Source of the DNA: Antedon mediterranea
Taxonomy: Eukaryota; Animalia; Echinodermata
Direction of reading: 5' to 3'
DNA length: 64,000 nt
NCBI RefSeq assembly: GCF_964355755.1
Contig: NC_092674.1
Coordinates: 12,648,001 to 12,712,000 of the forward strand
In this document: positions 52,101-64,000 of the stretch, one piece after another
How positions within the stretch are numbered: the stretch's first letter is position 1
Layout of the letters: every line of letters starts with the position of its first letter
Translations under genes and position numbers: made by a program
The notes under the pieces: model-generated
Told to the model about the DNA's origin: nothing
The model's database searches: none
What the model saw: the letters and a program-made list of their open reading frames with translations, nothing else

Positions 52101-54420
52101 TCACTTTACTGATATCGTTTTTCTTTTTAAGATTTTCAATTCTAATATAAGTAATAATTAAAACTGACAATTTATTTAATATTCGTAATTCACAACGTGT
52201 TACTCGTAGCTCTTCTTCTGTTGGTACTCTTTTTGATATTCGTGGCTGCAGAACTGAATCTTCTTTTTAATCATATATCCCACGTGTTACCAGAATTTGG
52301 AATAACTTACCCAGTGAAATCCGCAACTTCAATATTTCTGTAAAACCAAGTTACTTAATTATCTCAATATTTATTTTTTAAATAATTTTGATATTGAAAA
52401 TGTGTGTAGTTGGTCGCTTTCCTGTAGATGCTTTAATTGTAGAACGTATTTTTTTTATTTTTCTTATATTTTTCTGTTCTGGGTTGACCAACTAGCATAG
52501 GTGTTTAGCACCTGTTAGGTCTTTCCGTGCCTCCTTTTATAATGTTTTTATCTTCTTTGTTATGTATATGGCAGAAATTGAATAAATAAATAAATAAATA
52601 AATAAATACACAGTATGTATTCAATTATCTCAACACAAATACCAATTGAAATGCCATGGTTTCTGTGATCAGTTCTTTAGTTCTTTTAAATATGTCTACT
52701 ATAATCTTTCCATCTCTTCTGAAAACTGTTTTCAATAAAATCAATTGCATGTTGTAGATACAAACAAGGAAAACGCTTATTCATCATTACTAACAAGTAA
52801 GTTATCAATGATAGTTATTTCTTCAGGTTGATGTACTTACATTTCCATCACATAACCCTTACCTTCTATCACGTAAAGTATTAAGAGTACACGCCGGTTC
52901 ATGAGCGCCATATTATTGCTCATATTATATTCTTTACTAAAATAATTTTGCAAGCACGTTAATGTATTGAATCAACATTACTTACTGTAGTTTATCAATA
53001 TTGGGGTTGTATATTCATATGAAGTAATAATATTAACAAGGTCAACACTCGGGAAACCAAATTTTCTGGAAAAAAGCAATGGATTTGATACTGCATGACA
53101 TTTTTTTCTGTTATTAACCATAATAGGAAGTAAAAATAAAATGTCAACTATTGCTATATTTTGGGGTTAAAGGTCACCAAATACAGGCCAAAAATACCCA
53201 AAAAATCATATTTTTTAAATAAAACCATTATAATAGTTTAGATTCACGGTGATTCTAGAAAAAGCAGCGAATTTATCAAAACTGTTGTTTTTGCTCTTTT
53301 AAATTGAAATTTCCCAGTTTCCATGGTTACAAGACACTATTAAAATTTATCAAACATAACATTATTAGTCGATTTATATTTAAGATGTCTTCTTCCTAAA
53401 CAATATTAAAAAGTTTGGATTGCCAAATTTACCATTTTTGAACTTTTGGCACACTTTGAATTGATTCTGTGCCATGGGCCAAGAGCTATTCCTTTATTAT
53501 TCAATTTTTTTTTAATTGGTAATCGTGACCCTTTATAACTTGTTGTTGTATATGGTGTTCCAGCGTGCTACTTATTATTCTAGACATTGGAATAGTAAAC
53601 AACTAAATAAAAGTGACAATGGGTAGACTTGTAAATAGTAGTTGCGAATGAATTTCCGTTTCTTACAAAGGGAGCATACCGCCTCTCGAAACTACGTATT
53701 TTGTCCTTTCACTAATAAGTAACTTGATCCAGATTTTGGTACTTCTAACTACAGGACAAATATTGACGCGTAAACCACAATGAAAATGAGTTTTACTGTA
53801 ATATTAAATATATTTGTTACTAGAAATTAATTTGATAAAACATATTCTACAAAATTAGTAGACCTAATCGTTTTCCCCTAATAAATTAAGGGGTGGGGAC
53901 ACGTGTTTGTTTATGAGTGAGAATAAGGCATTTAGTTAAAATGCAGACCGTCTTAAATTACTTGACATGTTCCGATAAATATATTCTCATCATCAGAACT
54001 GTAATCAAAGCCTAGAGTACTTGTATACGTACAAAGTTGCGTTTAAATGAGTCAATAATTAGCATGAGAATATATTTATAGAAACATGTCACGTAATTTT
54101 AAGACGGTCCACATTTGCATTAAATGCCTTATGATATTATTGATTACCAATCGTAATTTGGTGGTATTATACATGATGTGCCTGTTTATGTACAGTGAAA
54201 GAGCTTATTTTAGTATCCTATAGTAATATATTTTCTATATAAAAGAATATGGTATTTCAAATTAGGTACAAAAGCCGACGATCCAAGCGAATTACATGTT
54301 TAAAAAAATCGGAAAACACCCATTTGTTATTTTCAAAACACATTGCAAGTCGGCGAGGTCCGATGGCATGCGTGACTGGCGGAACAACGCAACCAAAATG
54401 AAAAACGAAAATGGCATGTT
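49144..54420. repeat. Right arm of the ~5.3-kb inverted repeat
   Basis: Reverse complement of 29219-34507. Confidence 0.95.
50071..51614 (-). mobile_element. Mirror copy of the L1/Tx1 fragment
   Basis: Same truncation point, frameshift and TSD (50056-50070, 51615-51629) as 32036-33580. Confidence 0.95.
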
Positions 54421-55639
54421 GTGTTTTCTGTAGGGCTACAGTAATTAGTTTTTCAGGTACAACCATTGACAGTAGCAGAATTGGGTGTTTATTTCAAGCT
54501 CACATAAACGGTCAATGAAATCCTCGTGAAACATTATTTAAGCTTATTCACTATAGCGTATTTAAATTATCTACTTCTCTTTTACTTGGTTAGATGAAAC
54601 TTGTTACCGAGAAACGAAAACATTCTAGTTGAAATTGTTTATGTATACCCACAGATTGCACTATTTTCTGTATACTTAATTAGGTACTCTTTTCGTACAT
54701 GTGTTGCTGTTGGAAATAGATAAATATTTCACTTCAATTATTTTCCAAAATAGTGGTACACAACAATGAAAGAAAATGTGAAAACAACATTTTTGTTACG
54801 TTTTTGTCATTAGAAATATTCTTGCGACTGAGGTGAACTTCGAAAATGCCGGTCAGATATAAAAAAAAAGTTGCAAGGAATAAATTAGCAATTGTCAACT
54901 GCATACTCATCCATCAAACTAGCCGCCATCGAGCAAATATTCAATTCCATGAATCTTATGAGGGTTAGTTTTATAGGAACAATAGTACTTTTTTTATTTG
55001 TTTTGGCAATTAATGTAATTAAAGCGTAATTAATTCGTCATATTCCATTTGGAATACTACGTCCTGTAAAATGAATAGAATGTTCTGATTTGTTAATTTT
55101 AGATTATATTATATACAGAATTATATATTATTTAGAATGTTCGGGTGGCATTCCATGCATGCGGCTTTTAGCCTTAATGAAAGTCCTTTTGTATATTTTT
55201 TGCTTTGTATTTTTTTTTATGGATCAAATAAACTGACTTGTGTGACTGGTATTTCGGCGCCTTTCCACGTATCAATTTATCGCATCCCATCATATTTCTA
55301 TTGACACTAAATTTAAACATTTCAACAAGCTTTTTATGATGGTCACAAAATGCCAAGATACATTAAAAGAACGCTCATCGTCATGATCTATGTATAGTAA
55401 TCAGAAATATTCAAACAAAAAATGATGCTGTTGTGATGTCGGTGGTGGGTGTTAGGTTTGGCGGCGTTAATTCGAGGGAGGAATTTGTTGGTAACATTTT
55501 ATAATAAAATAGATTCCCCTAGATATGAACAAGTACAATACAGTGTTTGATATTATCAAGAAGTGATAACAGTTAACAGTTGTATGAAAATGCTTGGTAA
55601 ATAAATATGATATAGCAGTCAATGAATTATTCAACAAGT

Positions 55640-56422
55640 ATAATTGTGTTTGTTTATAGTACAATATTGTGTGTATAAATGTACGTGGCGGGGCGTTTAT
55701 TAGAGGGCGGAGGCTGGATATTCCAAAGATGTGTTTTTTAGGAGGGGCGTTTATTCAAATAAATGCGGTAGGCTTAATTGGTATAATCAATACATTATTT
55801 AGTTCTAATCAAACACCAAATAATGACAATCATCAGTGGGCCGTTAATAAGAAACACGTTTTAAACGGCTTGCAATATGGGCCAAAGCACCCGTGTCTCA
55901 ATGGCGATGCAGTACATGCAGATAGCACTCAATCTGTTCAAACCTAACAACAACTCAACAACTCGTGTAACATTCGGCTATATCGATTTCTGATATAATT
56001 TTATATACTAACTTTACAATTTTCCCTGCAAAATACTTCGATGATTTTTTTATATAATGAATTTGTTTTTTCTTTTTTTTTTCTTTTTTTTTACAGTATA
56101 ATTTCATTTTGTTTAAACTACAGGCGTGGCCCGTGAAAAAAAAATCAAAATATATGTGTCGCCGTCAACGGCAAATATTGGAAGAGAGCAAAAACTACAT
56201 CAACCCGGAAATCACGAAATAACTTTTATACCGCAGACGAATGAAAATCTGCCGATGAAATCAGAAAGGTTGTTTTAAAACCTTTTATAATATCTGCCTA
56301 AGAGAGAAATATTATTAAATCTACGTTTCGCGGTACATCTGAGATAGATAATGTAGGTAGTCCTATGCAAGGCGGAAATCTTTTTCCATTGTGCCCAGAA
56401 GTAACCATAATTTAAGTATAGA
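55640..56422 (-). mobile_element. Old Helitron-related relic in the intron unit
   Basis: Minus strand starts TCTATACTTAAATTATGGTTA, compared with TCTATATATAAATTATGGTTA at 6661; patchy inverted homology to 6661-7365. Partial copies near 3020-3210/5200-5570 and 27600-27885. 3' end not located. Confidence 0.6.
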
Positions 56423-57399
56423 TACACTAACATCGTTGAGCACATTTAGCTCGTAGTATCATGTACGTGCACATATAGCGCATCGCGTTGGTAAGTCACA
56501 AACATATTAGTGAAATGCACAACATTGCAGTAATATTTATTAATTCATAAAGGTTATGAAATAATCAAATTAAACAAAGGTCTATCCTTACACGTACGAA
56601 AAAAACACCAACAGTTATCTAACAACACGTATTCCTTACTTTCGCGCAAACACTGAAAGAACGAATGATTATATAAATGCTTAATTCTGGAATAGGTATG
56701 CACAATGTAAAACGCATAGCACCAACTCCGTGTCGGTTCTTACCCTAGCTGTTCCATGCGTCTAATGTCTTAGAAAAGATAGTATTAGTGTTTTTAATGT
56801 CTTATGTCATCGGTAGACTTTTAACAGTCGGCGGTAAAGTTACTTCCTAGTTCGTTATCACTTTGCGATTTCCGGGTTGCAATAGTCACAATAAAACCTC
56901 TGTACAAAACGCTTGCAGCTGTCCCACATGTGAACGTGGCATGTACATTTGATATACATTTGAGTCAAGATATTTCATGTTTCTCTCTTTAAACGTCAAA
57001 ATGAACTAATATATTAATTATATTGTAAAATACTATGGTTTGGCTATTTAATATTATTGTGACTTACAAGTAATAAATATTAATTTATAAAGATTAAACA
57101 AGTTATTACAAAGTGTGACATCAGTTGTTACAAAACCTTGGTTAATCTGACTTTCCAATGTCAAGATTAACCTTGACGAGGCAGCGGTGTTCCGAACCAT
57201 GTGAGGGATACAACCGTGCGCAGTACTCGACAATTAATTAGTCATCCTCGCCACAAACATGGTCTGTAATATGACCCGCGATGTGTTTGCTTCATTTAGG
57301 TATGTTATTATTGGCACGCCCTTTAAATTGTAAAATTAAACACTTTTTTAAATCACATTGAATTATATAGCACATATTATTTATGTGTGTAACACTTAC

Positions 57400-57498
57400 T
57401 TTGGTCTGAAGATCCAATGTAGCACCTTCCTTGAGCAAAATGGAGCAAACATCTGTGTGGCCGTTTTGTGCAGCCAAATGTAAAGGTGACGCTCCAAT
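57400..57498 (-). CDS. Ankyrin-repeat exon (99 nt, phase 0): IGASPLHLAAQNGHTDVCSILLKEGATLDLQTK
   Basis: TTTCAG acceptor, GTAAGT donor, 33 codons; lies within ORF 57292-57573. Confidence 0.9.
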
Positions 57499-60400
57499 CT
57501 GAAATATTACAAACATTACCTTATAGTATTTTCTCTCTCTAAACAAAGTATTATAATATTGTCCTGGAATCAATACGATGTGATCAATTAAATATGACGT
57601 TATAGATTTAAATAATGCTACATTGTTAAATTTAATAAAGAGTATTAACCCTTTTCTTTAAGATAATGTATTGTATACGTATACATTTTTCTTTCTTGTT
57701 TAACAATTTTTTATAGTGCTTTATAAATGTATAAAACAATTATAAATAAGTGTGTTTTTTTGCTTGAAAAGTAAACACTTCATCCGGTATTGCTAACTAG
57801 TCCGAGTGTAAATTATGATAAAGTGACCTTTGAACTGGCAGTTACAGCTAAAAATATATCTAGGCTCCAAATTCTGTTCAGGTAACACATTTTGACTGCT
57901 AAATTCTTACTATTGGTTTAATGTTACCGTTACTCTTGGAGGAGATATATGTCTTTTTTAAATGTTTTATAAAATCAAATAAAAATCTCGATTTATATCC
58001 ATTTATTGTATCATTTTTGCATAAAATACAGTGTTGCTCTACACAACAATACAATGCAAAAACAGAAAACTGAAGAACCACGAAATATAATTTTCTAACC
58101 TCCAGTGAGTGCCATAAAGGCATGGTAACAATGATTACGGAATCTATTACGAGAGGTGATGGACCTTTTCTTTGAACGTCAAATTAGTGCATTTGATATG
58201 TTGGGTCTTGCAAAATTGAAAGTGTTTCCTCCGTAAAGTCTCTTATAAAAATGAATCAAATTGAGATCTGCTCAATTATAAGTACAGTAGTCTTATACGT
58301 GAAGCATAACTAACAATACGTTACAGCTAATTCTTACATGTGGTCCCGGTAAACTATAAAACAATGAATAATGAGAATACTTTCAATTACAGATTTATAA
58401 CAAAAGACGTATGACTAATGGAAGGGTTAACTCCTAAAGATTTGAGTTTACGCAACAGTAAAGCCTATTTGATACTCTCAGTAATGAGGTCGTGCCATTT
58501 AAGATCACTAGTGATTTATTTGCAATCTCAGCTTCAGAGTGGGTACCGTACCGTATTTAATTTTTTAGGTGATTTTCCTTTTTTGTGGGTTACTGTATAG
58601 GTTGAAAATACTGTATGGGTTGAAAAAAGTAGTAAAAATACTGTTTAGTTTATTAGTATAGAGTACTGCAAACCATAATAGTAGGTAACATTTGTAATTG
58701 AGGGCGTTTTATTTGACACGACAAAGTATATGAACTCCCCAAAAACGTACCGTATCATAATGTAGTATATTTTACATAATAAACAATGAAAGTTCTTTCT
58801 AACAGAATTTTTTTCTCGGGTTACTCGGATGCCGTATTTTTTTATTTTTTTATTTATTGTAATGCGCCGTGTTCTTTATATCTTTGATTGTATATTGTTT
58901 TTCAATAAGCCGTGCGGAGGATTCAGGTAATTTCTCTTTGTATTAAAGGGTAACACCGCGGCTTTAAAATGTATATTGCTTAATAAAATATAAAGCTTTT
59001 AATCAACATTGGTAATAACCGTGCCTAATTTTAGACAGCACTCAGGCAAAAGTTAAGTCGCTTTAAAAAAAAAAGTTGTTCTATAAGACAATACCAAAGT
59101 ACGCATGTGGTGAGGTGGAACTAATTCGCCTTAAACATAATAGTTTTAAAATATCATAATAAAACTCAACTATTTAAATAGCTGATAATTAGATATGTGC
59201 GCGCGTGCAATTTAACAATCTAAATTAATATTTATTTACTAAATTGTTTTATTTTCGAAAAACGTTGTTGTTATAGAACACAGTAATTGATTGGTGTAAC
59301 TTCACACTAACGATATATTGAAACATTATATTAATCAGTCTCCTTTATATAGACCTTGGTCATATGCGATGATTTGAAATTCAGATAGTTTTAGTATTGA
59401 TATAATGTTACTGAGGTGTAGTAGTATGCCACATGCAATGTGGATTGTTGAACATTTTAATGTATTGATGATAAAAAGTATATTATTATTGTAACCGAAT
59501 TTGTCATGATATACGATTAATTTAAATCAGTTTTTGCATCATGTTATGAGGTATAGTAGTATTATATAATTATTGTAACCGAATTAACATTTTAAAAGTT
59601 TTATAGAATACAAATACTGGTACATAATGTCCGACACTCCACACTAAACATGGCCATGCATTTAATACTAAACATTGTATTACATTGACAAGTCAGAATG
59701 TTATAAGGTACTTGGTATCGAAACTATACTGAATGACCAAAAGGTAAACCAGTAATGTAAACTTACGTCTTGCAAGACAGTTTCGTCTAGCTATCAGCTT
59801 GACTTCTTCAGTTGCTATGCGTTATTATGGCGCCGATTGGTCTCCTTTCCAGCCACTGGATGTTTTTGTTGTGTAGCGATTAAGTTTTTAATTTTGTTAG
59901 ATGGTGTAAAGTATGTCCGTATGTTATATTTTTTAACTGCTGATGTCAGCAATTTTTACTAGTTGGCCTTTTTTCTACCCAACTAAGCCATATATTTTCA
60001 AAATATAAATGTAATTTCTGAGGATTTAGCAGCTCTATTTTGTTCAAAATGTTCTTAACCCAGCCCCAAACAAACCTGCAATTTGTTTTAGACTGGATGA
60101 TAAAGATTTCGATAATTAGGAAACAATCGTCCGTATTATGCATAACGTTATGAAACACGTATATAAATATACATAGGCCTACAGTAATTTAGTTTGCTTA
60201 TACCTACGGTCATCACAATTGGGATAGACAGCCATTTCACGACAGTAATTGTAATAATATGAAGAACATGATAAGAGAATTTTAAAATAAGTTAGTTTGA
60301 TTATGTTACTTATTTTAGTTTATGTTATGTTTGAAAGTATTTTCACGGACACAAAATCAAACAGCTTAGAAATGCTCCGTTAAGTATAACCGTTTTATTC

Positions 60401-61108
60401 AATGATTGAATATGTGTGTATGGTACGTATGGTAACTGAAAATAACAGAAAGTATAATTCCTTCAAATTGATATTCAAATACAGTAGTACATATAAAATA
60501 CTTTAAACCTTGCTATCATATAAATATGATTATATATGCTATATTATTGTTAATTAAATTGTTACATAGTTTGTTGTTTACATACAGTATCTTTTATAGT
60601 ATGACATAACTTACAAAGCTGTGAGCCTATGGATTCAGCACAATGAAAAACATATCTGAATTTCTACTGTTAAACTTTAATACCTAAGAATGAGAAAACT
60701 ATAACTGACAATCTACGAAATCTATAAAACTATTAAAAAGTACAAAATACAACAAATGTAAGCATTAAGGGATCACCCTAAACATAACCATCAAAAAGGT
60801 ACATCCAGTCGCCTTTTCAACACTATCCCTGTTGCCATAGCAACTAAGAAGAAACCATCCCGCAAAAACCTAGGCTATACATCATCTCGCGCACATGTGT
60901 GCATACTGTGTGGAACTAGGCCTAGTTCACCCTTCGAACTATACACAATCAAAAAACTATTATATAGATTCTCAAAATGCAATAACATTAATATGTATCC
61001 TAAATATATCTAAAACAAGCTGATTCAACAATTATAGTGATTTATCCATTTTAAACTAATATTTCTTACCTATAAAGGTACGACTGAAGTTTATGACTGA
61101 TTCATCTA

Positions 61109-63282
61109 CAGTGGGAAAGCCACTTCGCGTTTTGACCGTTAAATCGTGTAAAATCGACTTACTTCCGCATTGACGATTTTGAAGCGCCACCTATCGTTGA
61201 AAACTGAAACCACGATTTTTCGTCGCCTAGCAAATAAGTGCTGTTTTATTTTAAGCTCTCATGAACATTTAAGAACCGCCCAACATTACCTATTATGGTA
61301 AAAGCATTTCCTAATAAGTATTATTGAATAACCAATCGGTTTCCTTCAAAGAAACCGAAGCTAATACAATACATTCGGCGACTGAAGTCGGGACTCGTGA
61401 AATTTATAAATGTGGTACGATTTGACTACTGTTTTGTTGTCCATTTTCTGAATAGTCGGAGGTGCATCCCAACAAATTAAAACAATTATAATCAATTGTT
61501 TTATCAAGAATAATATTAGTTTAATCGAGTATGATATATTTCTATCCTGTTCAAAATTTGTTGGTGTATTCTCAGGCCTCGAAAGGTAGGTACATTTTCT
61601 AGCTGTGAGCGTGGTTTCGGCAACGCGAGACACGTGTGTCAGTATAGGCGATAGCGAGACGTGTGTTGTACTGTGTTGATGCTGATCCGATAGTCGTTAA
61701 GTTGTACTGATTACGAGTATCATTGGTCCTGGCCGGCCTAGCCTGGTGATCTGATCCCCGCAAAAAAAAATACTTTTTTTCAATCAGTATTAATATTATT
61801 ATTTTATTTTTCATTTATTATTTGATTTATTAGGCTCAATAGATGCCTAGCAGGCTACTAGTACTAGTAGGCCTAGATTATATAAATAATAATAGTAAAT
61901 ACTGTAATTTAATTAATAAAATACAGCTTCCATTTGCCTTTTATGTCATCATATAATATTATAATTATATATACAACCAGACATTAACATTTTTTTTAAA
62001 TAATATTTATTATTTTTTCTGACACTTTCAGGAATCGTTGATGATGCAGAGTTCTTTGTCTTTGTGACTTCAAACTGAGAGTGAAGTGGATAAAAAGATG
62101 ACACCGGTACCTACCGACATTGTCATACCCAAACTATAATTTAATTATTTAAAACAAAATGTTGAATTACAAATATATATGTATGTTGCAGAGGATTTAG
62201 ATGAATTACAATACAAATATTTATGTTGAATGCAAACCTACTACACTATACTCTGTAAATTATGTTATTGTCATGTGGTAGATCTTAAAAATTGAATATT
62301 TATTGTATGTTAGGCCTATTTTATATTTTATTAATACTGTATTAGTTTAATATTACTATTATTATAATTTATATTATACAGTACTAGGCTAGTTTGTACA
62401 TGTTTTTACCCAAAAAAAATGAATAAATAATTTGTTATTCAATCTAATTGCTTGATTGTTCATCAATAACAAAACAATTGTAAGCAAGTATATAACAGTT
62501 CTTGTTAACCGCTTATTTCAGGTCATATTATTAATATTAGCTAGGCCCGACGCGCCCGATCACAACGTCACTAAGTGACTTTCCGCACCTGGAACAATCG
62601 GTCGCTAATAGGGCTAGGCCTCGGACTCGTATAAAAGCTATTATAATAGTTATGATAAATATTCCTCAACTAAAATGTATACTGTGATAAATAAACAAGT
62701 AATAATATACGTTGTATTGGAATGTATTTATTTATATGAATTATTATACGCGGACAATTATAAACATCGCGTATATCGTTCGATATAAATAAATTCATAA
62801 ACACGATGACGATGTGTTTACAAAATGGCGGTTTCGCTAGTTTTCGATGGAACAAATAGTGGTACCTTTAGTTTGAATAGTCGGAGCTGCATCCCAACCA
62901 CCGAATTTTGTATCTTAATATCGTATTCTGTAGATTATTAATTTTTCTAACAGGGATTTTAAATTCAGGACTGTTCAATTTTTCTAAATATTTTATTTTA
63001 ATGATTTTCTAGGGTACAATTTCGAAAAAAAGACATTGGTTGATTTTGCCGTTAAATTACAGATTATCGTTTTGTTCAAATACATTTAATTTTACATGAC
63101 AATATATTAAAACCATTTATGAATTTATTTCACTAACAATATTTTTCCAATAATCAGCTAAATTTACAAATATTGTGTTTTTCCAACACCCTAAAATTTA
63201 GCAATTTTGAACTAAATTAGAAAAGTAGGGCGCCCTCTCCGAGTCGAAATTTGACACGATTTGTCGACTGGCTGTCCCACTG
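61109..63282. mobile_element. Non-autonomous TIR DNA transposon, copy 2
   Basis: CAGTGGGA...TCCCACTG with 4-bp duplication TCTA (61105-61108, 63283-63286); homologous to 93-2278 but with different flanks. Confidence 0.85.
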
Positions 63283-63945
63283 TCTAACTATAGGCAAAAC
63301 AGGGCCGCGAAAAGTTACAATATGAAACGCCACAAATATTGTATGGAAGGCAACTGCGGCCAGCATAAGTATAGGCCTAGGCTTTGCTTGCTTTGGTCGG
63401 CTCCACGTTGAGTAGGCTATGGGTACTAAAATGAATTGAGGGCACAGGTTAACTTTAATATAGTTACTAATTGTTTGGATGTGTTCCTGTCCTAAATACA
63501 ACGCAATATAACAAAATTCAACCATTTCAAAAACTTTTTTTATTTTTAGTGTAGGCCTATACCTTCACTTTTTATGTAGGCCTAATGTTATACCTTTTCA
63601 AAATATTTTACTATAATATTATTGTATACATTCAATTTTTAAGGTTTTTTTCATACATTTTTTAACATTATTTTACTATATACTTTTACGACAGTATTTT
63701 TCAATATTTATCTCACGTTTTCTGCTTTTATGGTTATTTATATATCTTTTTTTTAACCATTTAAATCCATTTTATGTGTATTTTTCTTGTTATCTTGTAT
63801 ACATTACTCTATACTACTATATTATTCTAGATTAGGATTTTTGGATTGTGGATGGTTTCTGTTAAAGTTGTTTTTGGCCGGATTTTGTTCTAGGCCTAGC
63901 CTATGCTGAGACACAGCTAGCTCGCCTAGTGAGCGGCGTGAATAC

Positions 63946-64000
63946 AGGTCAACCCGTACCCATGCCAACTCGTACCCACCAACTCGTACCCAAATTTTGG
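63946..64000. mobile_element. Probable left end of another DNA transposon
   Basis: Tandem CAAC(T/C)CGTACCC motifs resembling subterminal repeats; cut off by the window edge. Confidence 0.4.

Noticed and set aside
29219-54420. A single 25-kb composite transposon using the 5.3-kb arms as TIRs
   Set aside because: No TSD at the outer ends, the arms are mosaics of intron DNA and old TEs, and the spacer is collinear with the host gene units.
59749-61104. hAT-like element starting CAGTAATGTAAAC where unit homology ends
   Set aside because: No matching right TIR or TSD was found within the window, so the call cannot be supported.
93-63282. The two 2.2-kb direct repeats as LTRs of a giant element
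   Set aside because: Each copy has its own TIRs and a different TSD, lacks TG...CA ends, and is an independent insertion.

Overview
AT-rich eukaryotic DNA, most likely a marine invertebrate; frequent TAGGCCTA motifs and the TE families suggest an echinoderm/deuterostome (inference only). The backbone is part of a minus-strand ankyrin-repeat gene built by tandem duplication of an exon+intron unit. It has three intact 99-nt phase-0 exons, each encoding exactly one ankyrin repeat (57400-57498, 46029-46127, 12242-12340), and two decayed exon copies (34885-34940, ~13213-13231). The introns are packed with often nested transposons, and the paralogous intron copies supply empty sites that confirm many boundaries. 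The TEs are Rex1-, L2/CR1-, RTE- and L1/Tx1-type LINEs, a tRNA-derived SINE, Helitrons, Harbinger, piggyBac and EnSpm-like elements, a foldback element with a hairpin satellite, a Gmr1-type Gypsy fragment and a Zisupton/KDZ-type element. Most notable: (1) the KDZ element's degenerate polyprotein carries a Ulp1-like protease, a PHD-like finger and a SprT-like HExxH metalloprotease; (2) a ~5.3 kb near-perfect inverted repeat brackets one intact and one dead ankyrin exon; (3) variation between ankyrin exons concentrates at predicted binding-surface positions.
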